DNA of 45,664 bases from Macrostomum lignano (Eukaryota). The stretch lies in NCBI GenBank assembly GCA_002269645.1, contig NIVC01004446.1:1-45664 (forward strand), read 5' to 3'. Shown here one piece after another: positions 36,701 through 45,664 of the stretch (within the stretch, counting starts at the first letter, position 1; each line of letters starts with the position of its first letter). Both the position numbers and the translations under genes were made by a program. The notes under the pieces were generated by a model. That model did no database searches. It was not told the origin of the DNA and saw nothing but the letters and a program-made list of their open reading frames with translations.

Positions 36701-39700
36701 GCTGACTTGAATCGGGATCCTGTTACCGCCCTCGTTTTTGAAATTAAAAACCAGAGCGATTCGATAAGCTTCCAAGCCCAATCCACCAACAGAGGCGCAC
36801 GAGATGAAGTCGAACATGCAGGTGGCTACTTCAGCGCACCGACAGCCAGTTTGACTGAAGTGAATGGAGACACCGCGTCTGTTGCATACTTTAGCTCCAT
36901 TGACGTAATGAATCCTGGACTTGTCGTTGAAATCGATATTAGTCCGATGATCGAGTTACTAAGATCGTCTCCGCTGACGTTGAAATCGAACTGAATGCTA
37001 TCCGTTGCTGTCGACGGTGTTGCCACACGGTTTATATTCAGTCCTGTGCTAGTCGGACGCAGCAGGTCGTACTCGACGTCGGAATCAGTCCAACGCCCTG
37101 AGTGGAGGCGCTCACCGTGATGTCGCTCACACTTATTATGCTGCTGTCGGCCATGAGATTTGTGTCAAGACAACGAGTGAAGCTTGTAGTCGACTTGCTC
37201 TTCACGCCTTCTGTAGTGGTAGACGTGCTAGATGTCGTCGTTGTCGTTGTCGGCGTAGTCGTGGTCGACGTCGACGTCGTCGGAGTTGTTGTAGTAGTAG
37301 GCGTTGTCGTAGTAGTGGTAGGCGTTGTCGTAGTAGTCGTCGGCGTTGTCGTAGTAGTCGTCGGCGTTGTCGTAGTAGTCGTCGGCGTTGTTGTTGTTGT
37401 GGTAGGCGTTGTCGTAGTAGTCGTAGGCGTTGTTGTTGTTGTGGTGGCGGTTTGTGTCGTCTTTTGTGGGAAGCAGCCATATATTCCGATCTGTATGTCA
37501 ACAGAATTCCGATCGGTCACTGAATTGTAGAAAATCTCAAATCGCATCACCGTCGAGTTGATGGTCGAAGGCGTCGGCGGGATGCAGGCAAGCAGATTTG
37601 ACTTGCACGCGGTGAGGTTCGCGCCAGAGAAGAAGTAAGTGTCCCAGGTGACTTGCGTGTACGTCTGCTTATTGTACAACCGCACAGCCTGAATGTCAGG
37701 AGTGTTGAAAGCGAGCTGGATCCGACCGACAATGGTGGCTTCTGGACTGCCTGCAGACGTTTCAATTTCAATCAGGATGTTCTCGTTCGGATTGGCAAAC
37801 GACGAAGGCGTCGGTCTGTTTAGGTTGAATGGAACAGGCGAAGACAGACGCAAGTAGTTCAACTCAGAGGTGGCGTAACCGCCAAGCTGGGTTCCGTTGA
37901 GGATGCGCATTGCTGATAACGGAATCACGGTCTCGTCAGCCAGACCATCAAAATCATGCAAATTCCAGGTTGAGTAGTTGTTGCCGTCGTCGTTGTCGTT
38001 GTCGTTGTCCTAGGAGTAGTAGTGGTGCTCGCTGTTGTTGTTGTTGTGCTGGGCGTTGTTGTTGTCGGCGTAGTTGTAGTTGTGCTCGGTGTCGTGGTAG
38101 TTGATGTTGTTGTTGTGCTCGTTGTGCTTCTCGGTGTTGTTGTCAGCTTTGTGAAGCAGCCTAGCATGCTGACTTGAATCGGGATCCTGTTACCGCCCTC
38201 GTTTTTGAAATTAAAAACCAGAGCGATTCGATAAGCTTCCAAGCCCAATCCACCAACAGAGGCGCACGAGATGAAGTCGAACATGCAGGTGGCTACTTCA
38301 GCGGCACCGACAGCCAGTTTGACTGAAGTGAATGGAGACACCGCGTCTGTTGCATACTTTAGCTCCATTGACGTAATGAATCCTGGACTTGTCGTTGAAA
38401 TCGATATTAGTCCGATGATCGAGTTACTAAGATCGTCTCCGCTGACGTTGAAATCGAACTGAATGCTATCCGTTGCTGTCGACGGTGTTGCCACACGGTT
38501 TATATTCAGTCCTGTGCTAGTCGGACGCAGCAGGTCGTACTCAGACGTCGGAATCAGTCCAACGCCCTGAGTGGAGGCGCTCACCGTGATGTCGCTCACA
38601 CTTATTATGCTGCTGTCGGCCATGAGATTTGTGTCAAGACAACGAGTGAAGCTTGTAGTCGACTTGCTCTTCACGCCTTCTGTAGTGGTAGACGTGCTAG
38701 ATGTCGTCGTTGTCGTTGTCGGCGTAGTCGTGGTCGACGTCGACGTCGTCGGAGTTGTTGTAGTAGTAGGCGTTGTCGTAGTAGTGGTAGGCGTTGTCGT
38801 AGTAGTCGTCGGCGTTGTCGTAGTAGTCGTCGGCGTTGTCGTAGTAGTCGTCGGCGTTGTTGTTGTTGTGGTAGGCGTTGTCGTAGTAGTCGTAGGCGTT
38901 GTTGTTGTTGTGGTGGCGGTTTGTGTCGTCTTTTGTGGGAAGCAGCCATATATTCCGATCTGTATGTCAACAGAATTCCGATCGGTCACTGAATTGTAGA
39001 AAATCTCAAATCGCATCACCGTCGAGTTGATGGTCGAAGGCGTCGGCGGGATGCAGGCAAGCAGATTTGACTTGCACGCGGTGAGGTTCGCGCCAGAGAA
39101 GAAGTAAGTGTCCCAGGTGACTTGCGTGTACGTCTGCTTATTGTACAACCGCACAGCCTGAATGTCAGGAGTGTTGAAAGCGAGCTGGATCCGACCGACA
39201 ATGGTGGCTTCTGGACTGCCTGCAGACGTTTCAATTTCAATCAGGATGTTCTCGTTCGGATTCGCAAACGACGAAGGCGTCGGTCTGTTTAGGTTGAATG
39301 GAACAGGCGAAGACAGACGCAAGTAGTTCAACTCAGAGGTGGCGTAACCGCCAAGCTGGGTTCCGTTGAGGATGCGCATTGCTGATAACGGAATCACGGT
39401 CTCGTCAGCCAGACCATCAAAATCGATGCAAATTCCAGGTTGAGTAGTTGTTGCCGTCGTCGTTGTCGTTGTCGTTGTCCTAGGAGTAGTAGTGGTGCTC
39501 GCTGTTGTTGTTGTTGTGCTGTGCTGGGCGTTGTTGTTGTCGGCGTAGTTGTAGTTGTGCTCGGTGTCGTGGTAGTTGATGTTGTTGTTGTGCTCGTTGT
39601 GCTTCTCGGTGTTGTTGTCAGCTTTGTGAAGCAGCCTAGCATGCTGACTTGAATCGGGATCCTGTTACCGCCCTCGTTTTTGAAATTAAAAACCAGAGCG

Positions 39701-42700
39701 ATTCGATAAGCTTCCAAGCCCAATCCACCAACAGAGGCGCACGAGATGAAGTCGAACATGCAGGTGGCTACTTCAGCGCACCGACAGCCAGTTTGACTGA
39801 AGTGAATGGAGACACCGCGTCTGTTGCATACTTTAGCTCCATTGACGTAATGAATCCTGGACTTGTCGTTGAAATCGATATTAGTCCGATGATCGAGTTA
39901 CTAAGATCGTCTCCGCTGACGTTGAAATCGAACTGAATGCTATCCGTTGCTGTCGACGGTGTTGCCACACGGTTTATATTCAGTCCTGTGCTAGTCGGAC
40001 GCAGCAGGTCGTACTCGACGTCGGAATCAGTCCAACGCCCTGAGTGGAGGCGCTCACCGTGATGTCGCTCACACTTATTATGCTGCTGTCGGCCATGAGA
40101 TTTGTGTCAAGACAACGAGTGAAGCTTGTAGTCGACTTGCTCTTCACGCCTTCTGTAGTGGTAGACGTGCTAGATGTCGTCGTTGTCGTTGTCGGCGTAG
40201 TCGTGGTCGACGTCGTCGTCGGAGTTGTTGTAGTAGTAGGCGTTGTCGTAGTAGTGGTAGGCGTTGTCGTAGTAGTCGTCGGCGTTGTCGTAGTAGTCGT
40301 CGGCGTTGTCGTAGTAGTCGTCGGCGTTGTCGTAGTAGTCGTCGGCGTTGTTGTTGTTGTGGTAGGCGTTGTCGTAGTAGTCGTAGGCGTTGTTGTTGTT
40401 GTGGTGGGTTTGTGTCGTCTTTTGTGGGAAGCAGCCATATATTCCGATCTGTATGTCAACAGAATTCCGATCGGTCACTGAATTGTAGAAAATCTCAAAT
40501 CGCATCACCGTCGAGTTGATGGTCGAAGGCGTCGGCGGGATGCAGGCAAGCAGATTTGACTTGCACGCGGTGAGGTTCGCGCCAGAGAAGAAGTAAGTGT
40601 CCCAGGTGACTTGCGTGTACGTCTGCTTATTGTACAACCGCACAGCCTGAATGTCAGGAGTGTTGAAAGCGAGCTGGATCCGACCGACAATGGTGGCTTC
40701 TGGACTGCCTGCAGACGTTTCAATTTCAATCAGGATGTTCTCGTTCGGATTGCAAACGACGAAGGCGTCGGTCTGTTTAGGTTGAATGGAACAGGCGAAG
40801 ACAGACGCAAGTAGTTCAACTCAGAGGTGGCGTAACCGCCAAGCTGGGTTCCGTTGAGGATGCGCATTGCTGATAACGGAATCACGGTCTCGTCAGCCAG
40901 ACCATCAAAATCATGCAAATTCCAGGTTGAGTAGTTGTTGCCGTCGTCGTTGTCGTTGTCGTTGTCCTAGGAGTAGTAGTGGTGCTCGCTGTTGTTGTTG
41001 TTGTGCTGGGCGTTGTTGTTGTCGGCGTAGTTGTAGTTGTGCTCGGTGTCGTGGTAGTTGATGTTGTTGTTGTGCTCGTTGTGCTTCTCGGTGTTGTTGT
41101 CAGCTTTGTGAAGCAGCCTAGCATGCTGACTTGAATCGGGATCCTGTTACCGCCCTCGTTTTTGAAATTAAAAACCAGAGCGATTCGATAAGCTTCCAAG
41201 CCCAATCCACCAACAGAGGCGCACGAGATGAAGTCGAACATGCAGGTGGCTACTTCAGCGCCACCGACAGCCAGTTTGACTGAAGTGAATGGAGACACCG
41301 CGTCTGTTGCATACTTTAGCTCCATTGACGTAATGAATCCTGGACTTGTCGTTGAAATCGATATTAGTCCGATGATCGAGTTACTAAGATCGTCTCCGCT
41401 GACGTTGAAATCGAACTGAATGCTATCCGTTGCTGTCGACGGTGTTGCCACACGGTTTATATTCAGTCCTGTGCTAGTCGGACGCAGCAGGTCGTACTCA
41501 GACGTCGGAATCAGTCCAACGCCCTGAGTGGAGGCGCTCACCGTGATGTCGCTCACACTTATTATGCTGCTGTCGGCCATGAGATTTGTGTCAAGACAAC
41601 GAGTGAAGCTTGTAGTCGACTTGCTCTTCACGCCTTCTGTAGTGGTAGACGTGCTAGATGTCGTCGTTGTCGTTGTCGGCGTAGTCGTGGTCGACGTCGA
41701 CGTCGTCGGAGTTGTTGTAGTAGTAGGCGTTGTCGTAGTAGTGGTAGGCGTTGTCGTAGTAGTCGTCGGCGTTGTCGTAGTAGTCGTCGGCGTTGTCGTA
41801 GTAGTCGTCGCGTTGTCGTAGTAGTCGTGGCGTTGTTGTTGTTGTGGTAGGCGTTGTCGTAGTAGTCGTAGGCGTTGTTGTTGTTGTGGTGGCGGTTTGT
41901 GTCGTCTTTTGTGGGAAGCAGCCATATATTCCGATCTGTATGTCAACAGAATTCCGATCGGTCACTGAATTGTAGAAAATCTCAAATCGCATCACCGTCG
42001 AGTTGATGGTCGAAGGCGTCGGCGGGATGCAGGCAAGCAGATTTGACTTGCACGCGGTGAGGTTCGCGCCAGAGAAGAAGTAAGTGTCCCAGGTGACTTG
42101 CGTGTACGTCTGCTTATTGTACAACCGCACAGCCTGAATGTCAGGAGTGTTGAAAGCGAGCTGGATCCGACCGACAATGGTGGCTTCTGGACTGCCTGCA
42201 GACGTTTCAATTTCAATCAGGATGTTCTCGTTCGGATTCGCAAACGACGAAGGCGTCGGTCTGTTTAGGTTGAATGGAACAGGCGAAGACAGACGCAAGT
42301 AGTTCAACTCAGAGGTGGCGTAACCGCCAAGCTGGGTTCCGTTGAGGATGCGCATTGCTGATAACGGAATCACGGTCTCGTCAGCCAGACCATCAAAATC
42401 GATGCAAATTCCAGGTTGAGTAGTTGTTGCCGTCGTCGTTGTCGTTGTCGTTGTCCTAGGAGTAGTAGTGGTGCTCGCTGTTGTTGTTGTTGTTGTGCTG
42501 GGCGTTGTTGTTGTCGGCGTAGTTGTAGTTGTGCTCGGTGTCGTGGTAGTTGATGTTGTTGTTGTGCTCGTTGTGCTTCTCGGTGTTGTTGTCAGCTTTG
42601 TGAAGCAGCCTAGCATGCTGACTTGAATCGGGATCCTGTTACCGCCCTCGTTTTTGAAATTAAAAACCAGAGCGATTCGATAAGCTTCCAAGCCCAATCC

Positions 42701-45664
42701 ACCAACAGAGGCGCACGAGATGAAGTCGAACATGCAGGTGGCTACTTCAGCGCACCGACAGCCAGTTTGACTGAAGTGAATGGAGACACCGCGTCTGTTG
42801 CATACTTTAGCTCCATTGACGTAATGAATCCTGGACTTGTCGTTGAAATCGATATTAGTCCGATGATCGAGTTACTAAGATCGTCTCCGCTGACGTTGAA
42901 ATCGAACTGAATGCTATCCGTTGCTGTCGACGGTGTTGCCACACGGTTTATATTCAGTCCTGTGCTAGTCGGACGCAGCAGGTCGTACTCAGACGTCGGA
43001 ATCAGTCCAACGCCCTGAGTGGAGGCGCTCACCGTGATGTCGCTCACACTTATTATGCTGCTGTCGGCCATGAGATTTGTGTCAAGACAACGAGTGAAGC
43101 TTGTAGTCGACTTGCTCTTCACGCCTTCTGTAGTGGTAGACGTGCTAGATGTCGTCGTTGTCGTTGTCGGCGTAGTCGTGGTCGACGTCGACGTCGTCGG
43201 AGTTGTTGTAGTAGTAGGCGTTGTCGTAGTAGTGGTAGGCGTTGTCGTAGTAGTCGTCGGCGTTGTCGTAGTAGTCGTCGGCGTTGTCGTAGTAGTCGTC
43301 GGCGTTGTTGTTGTTGTGGTAGGCGTTGTCGTAGTAGTCGTAGGCGTTGTTGTTGTTGTGGTGGCGGTTTGTGTCGTCTTTTGTGGGAAGCAGCCATATA
43401 TTCCGATCTGTATGTCAACAGAATTCCGATCGGTCACTGAATTGTAGAAAATCTCAAATCGCATCACCGTCGAGTTGATGGTCGAAGGCGTCGGCGGGAT
43501 GCAGGCAAGCAGATTTGACTTGCACGCGGTGAGGTTCGCGCCAGAGAAGAAGTAAGTGTCCCAGGTGACTTGCGTGTACGTCTGCTTATTGTACAACCGC
43601 ACAGCCTGAATGTCAGGAGTGTTGAAAGCGAGCTGGATCCGACCGACAATGGTGGCTTCTGGACTGCCTGCAGACGTTTCAATTTCAATCAGGATGTTCT
43701 CGTTCGGATTCGCAAACGACGAAGGCGTCGGTCTGTTTAGGTTGAATGGAACAGGCGAAGACAGACGCAAGTAGTTCAACTCAGAGGTGGCGTAACCGCC
43801 AAGCTGGGTTCCGTTGAGGATGCGCATTGCTGATAACGGAATCACGGTCTCGTCAGCCAGACCATCAAAATCGATGCAAATTCCAGGTTGAGTAGTTGTT
43901 GCCGTCGTCGTTGTCGTTGTCGTTGTCCTAGGAGTAGTAGTGGTGCTCGCTGTTGTTGTTGTTGTGCTGGGCGTTGTTGTTGTCGGCGTAGTTGTAGTTG
44001 TGCTCGGTGTCGTGGTAGTTGATGTTGTTGTTGTGCTCGTTGTGCTTCTCGGTGTTGTTGTCAGCTTTGTGAAGCAGCCTAGCATGCTGACTTGAATCGG
44101 GATCCTGTTACCGCCCTCGTTTTTGAAATTAAAAACCAGAGCGATTCGATAAGCTTCCAAGCCCAATCCACCAACAGAGGCGCACGAGATGAAGTCGAAC
44201 ATGCAGGTGGCTACTTCAGCGCCACCGACAGCCAGTTTGACTGAAGTGAATGGAGACACCGCGTCTGTTGCATACTTTAGCTCCATTGACGTAATGAATC
44301 CTGGACTTGTCGTTGAAATCGATATTAGTCCGATGATCGAGTTACTAAGATCGTCTCCGCTGACGTTGAAATCGAACTGAATGCTATCCGTTGCTGTCGA
44401 CGGTGTTGCCACACGGTTTATATTCAGTCCTGTGCTAGTCGGACGCAGCAGGTCGTACTCAGACGTCGGAATCAGTCCAACGCCCTGAGTGGAGGCGCTC
44501 ACCGTGATGTCGCTCACACTTATTATGCTGCTGTCGGCCATGAGATTTGTGTCAAGACAACGAGTGAAGCTTGTAGTCGACTTGCTCTTCACGCCTTCTG
44601 TAGTGGTAGACGTGCTAGATGTCGTCGTTGTCGTTGTCGGCGTAGTCGTGGTCGACGTCGACGTCGTCGGAGTTGTTGTAGTAGTAGGCGTTGTCGTAGT
44701 AGTGGTAGGCGTTGTCGTAGTAGTCGTCGGCGTTGTCGTAGTAGTCGTCGGCGTTGTCGTAGTAGTCGTCGGCGTTGTTGTTGTTGTGGTAGGCGTTGTC
44801 GTAGTAGTCGTAGGCGTTGTTGTTGTTGTGGTGGCGGTTTGTGTCGTCTTTTGTGGGAAGCAGCCATATATTCCGATCTGTATGTCAACAGAATTCCGAT
44901 CGGTCACTGAATTGTAGAAAATCTCAAATCGCATCACCGTCGAGTTGATGGTCGAAGGCGTCGGCGGGATGCAGGCAAGCAGATTTGACTTGCACGCGGT
45001 GAGGTTCGCGCCAGAGAAGAAGTAAGTGTCCCAGGTGACTTGCGTGTACGTCTGCTTATTGTACAACCGCACAGCCTGAATGTCAGGAGTGTTGAAAGCG
45101 AGCTGGATCCGACCGACAATGGTGGCTTCTGGACTGCCTGCAGACGTTTCAATTTCAATCAGGATGTTCTCGTTCGGATTCGCAAACGACGAAGGCGTCG
45201 GTCTGTTTAGGTTGAATGGAACAGGCGAAGACAGACGCAAGTAGTTCAACTCAGAGGTGGCGTAACCGCCAAGCTGGGTTCCGTTGAGGATGCGCATTGC
45301 TGATAACGGAATCACGGTCTCGTCAGCCAGACCATCAAAATCGATGCAAATTCCAGGTTGAGTAGTTGTTGCCGTCGTCGTTGTCGTTGTCGTTGTCCTA
45401 GGAGTAGTAGTGGTGCTCGCTGTTGTTGTTGTTGTGCTGGGCGTTGTTGTTGTCGGCGTAGTTGTAGTTGTGCTCGGTGTCGTGGTAGTTGATGTTGTTG
45501 TTGTGCTCGTTGTGCTTCTCGGTGTTGTTGTCAGCTTTGTGAAGCAGCCTAGCATGCTGACTTGAATCGGGATCCTGTTACCGCCCTCGTTTTTGAAATT
45601 AAAAACCAGAGCGATTCGATAAGCTTCCAAGCCCAATCCACCAACAGAGGCGCACGAGATGAAG
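3642..45664 (-). CDS. Giant secreted gel-forming mucin / SCO-spondin / hemolectin-like glycoprotein (5'-partial): [FA58C-like A - Thr linker - FA58C-like B - Thr linker] x >=25, then vWC-like, 7 TSP1, 3 TIL, CTCK
   Basis: Seven exons reconstructed by hand with GT/AG boundaries and compatible phases: >45664-8465, 8389-8005, 7911-6947, 6371-5910, 5199-4937, 4592-3953, 3791-3642. Introns are 75, 93, 575, 710, 344 and 161 bp. Domain motifs join correctly across junctions (e.g. SANEFT|DSELC, VDCQ|VSDW, GCVQ|GCGC, LWSR|SIARP, VNDK|GEVK). Single-base indels must be assumed at several sites. Confidence 0.9.
3953..4592 (-). CDS. Exon: end of TSP1 #7, TIL #3, vWC-like module, first half of CTCK
   Basis: ttcAG acceptor (4593-4594), phase 2 in, GTGAGC donor; 640 nt open: (R)SIARPASGGGAECSGPAQKYTDC...CETTCQQLL...CRPSCQCKPGTVRDSATGACISLKDC...CHRDKK...CKLVRPIWVDWCTGGCPSS. 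The CxGxC motif is typical of a cystine knot. Confidence 0.92.
4937..5199 (-). CDS. Exon: end of TIL #2, vWC-like module, start of TSP1 #7
   Basis: cgcAG acceptor (5200-5201), GTGAGT donor; 263 nt: GCGCSGDRVREGDTCVSVDGCSCAHPDDSSRLMPPGSTVAKDCNTCTCTNGRFVCEEKSCSVDCEWSTWKKVGGCNVACGTGKQLWSR. Absent from the ORF track. Confidence 0.92.
5910..6371 (-). CDS. Exon: TSP1 #5 and #6 and start of TIL #2
   Basis: tgcAG acceptor (6372-6373), GTGAGC donor; 462 nt in frame with WxxW and RxR TSP1 motifs (VSDWTNGTC...GQRLRLRSV; GKWSEWSE...GEQVRTR) and CATRCWRTC. Confidence 0.93.
6947..7911 (-). CDS. Exon: end of TSP1 #1, TSP1 #2, TIL #1, vWC-like, TSP1 #3, vWC-like, TSP1 #4 (one internal frameshift at ~7485-7535)
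   Basis: tttcAG acceptor (7912-7913), GTTTGT donor. Two overlapping ORFs (7483-7944 and 6899-7540) each carry canonical WSxWSxCSxxC TSP1 motifs. Length 965 nt is one base short of a multiple of 3. Confidence 0.88.
8005..8389 (-). CDS. Exon: vWC-like module with insert, and TSP1 #1 (one internal frameshift, probably at 8327-8329)
   Basis: ttttgtAG acceptor (8390-8391), GTAAAG donor. TTPPPCLSRGDCECQFSAGE(V)LQQ...SCGHCNCDNGALRC...CQWSQWQPWSACSASCGSGLRFRNR. Length 385 nt is one base short for phase 1 in / phase 0 out. Confidence 0.82.
8465..45664 (-). CDS. Giant repeat exon (>37 kb, 5'-partial) encoding >=50 discoidin-like domains separated by Thr-rich mucin linkers
   Basis: A 1956-aa ORF (23565-29435) reads through four units with no stop or intron. 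The unique tail ...TTTTPNSSSTTVSTTSATTTPSVVATATATCIIVEP appears after correcting a 1-bp loss near 8575 and ends at a GTATGT donor (8464). Confidence 0.85.
24897..25382 (-). other. Representative domain B of the repeat unit (162 aa, F5/8 type C / discoidin-like)
   Basis: CLDTNLMADSSIISVSDITVSAS...LLRP...SIQFDFNV...FITSMELKYATDA...EAYRIALV...IPIQVSMLGC aligns by eye with FA58C landmarks (C..LGM.SG.I.DSQITASS; ARL; WLQVDLG; YVTSY.V.YS.DG; ARYIRI; LRLELLGC). No HMM was run. Confidence 0.7.
25383..25682 (-). repeat. Representative nested 21-bp coding repeat (PTTTTTT heptads) in the 100-aa Thr-rich linker 1
   Basis: Plus-strand units such as ggcgttgtcgtagtagtcgtc; 7 copies in standard units and 8 in long units. 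Linker 1 has 70 Thr in 100 aa. Confidence 0.95.
25683..26171 (-). other. Representative domain A of the repeat unit (163 aa, discoidin-like, paralogous to domain B)
   Basis: CIDFDGLADETVIPLSAMRI...YLRLSS...NILIEIE...VMRFEIF...VDIQIGIYGC has terminal Cys residues and the xLELxGC-type ending of FA58C. Its Cys positions (1, 119, 126, last) are the same as in domain B. Confidence 0.6.

Larger units (their letters stand above)
8560..45664. repeat. Coding macrosatellite: >=25 tandem units of ~1470 bp (490 aa); long variants ~1491 bp
   Basis: The landmark atgaagtcgaacatg recurs 26 times from 8817 to the window end (last one truncated), with exact 1470-bp spacing at 25012, 26482, 27952, 29422. The array runs off the right edge. 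Confidence 0.99.

Noticed and set aside
8817-44917. Recurrent plus-strand ORFs (MEALTVMSL...poly-Val, MNRDPVTAL..., MKSNMQV..., MLITESRS..., MRVRLL...)
   Set aside because: They are antisense shadows of the Thr-rich and domain-coding minus strand, with no domain signal. Their ends shift with the indel sites.
9241-45158. Alternative-frame minus-strand ORFs (MTYRSEY...RLLRQR, ...YYDNAY..., MKLKRLQ...) as overlapping genes or programmed-frameshift products
   Set aside because: They are off-frame readings of ACN-rich repeats. The indels are missing bases at variable sites, not slippery sequences with a stimulatory structure.
9215-45636. Array as ~25 separate small genes starting at MFDFISC, MATPST or MHDFDG
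   Set aside because: There are no signal peptides or intergenic sequence, and intact stretches read straight through. The MHDFDG start exists only where the site-D deletion creates ATG CAT.
3642-45664. Calling the gene a pseudogene
   Set aside because: Splice sites, phases and Cys patterns of all six tail exons are preserved, and the array indels are stereotyped at variable sites. It remains formally open until reads are checked.
3642-45664. Assigning a named gene (SCO-spondin, hemocytin, a MUC gene, or the flatworm adhesive protein ap2)
   Set aside because: The tail domains are shared with these families, but I do not recognise the 490-aa double-discoidin/Thr unit in any of them, and the N-terminus is outside the window. 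No symbol is given.

Overview
Eukaryotic (metazoan) genomic window with GC-rich exons, short AT-rich GT-AG introns and abundant simple repeats; a flatworm such as Macrostomum is only a guess from style. It holds the 3' ends of two convergent genes. (1) Plus strand: the last exon (1296-1796) of a Cys-loop ligand-gated ion channel (nAChR-like MA helix + TM4). It is preceded by an intronic 21-bp minisatellite and followed directly by an (ATTG)n microsatellite. (2) Minus strand: a giant secreted mucin/SCO-spondin/hemolectin-like gene entering from beyond 45664. It has one uninterrupted exon of >37 kb (8465->45664) made of >=25 near-identical ~1470-bp (490-aa) units. Each unit encodes two divergent F5/8 type C (discoidin)-like domains joined by Thr-rich O-glycosylation linkers, so >=50 such domains. 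Six small exons follow, encoding 7 TSP1 repeats, 3 TIL domains, several vWC-like modules and a C-terminal cystine knot (stop at 3642). The coding capacity inside the window alone is about 13,000 aa. The many frameshifts in the array recur at the same four positions. At three of these, intact copies differ by a substitution, so they are most likely consensus/assembly errors rather than real lesions. No prokaryotic features, RNA genes, CRISPR arrays or transposases are supported.
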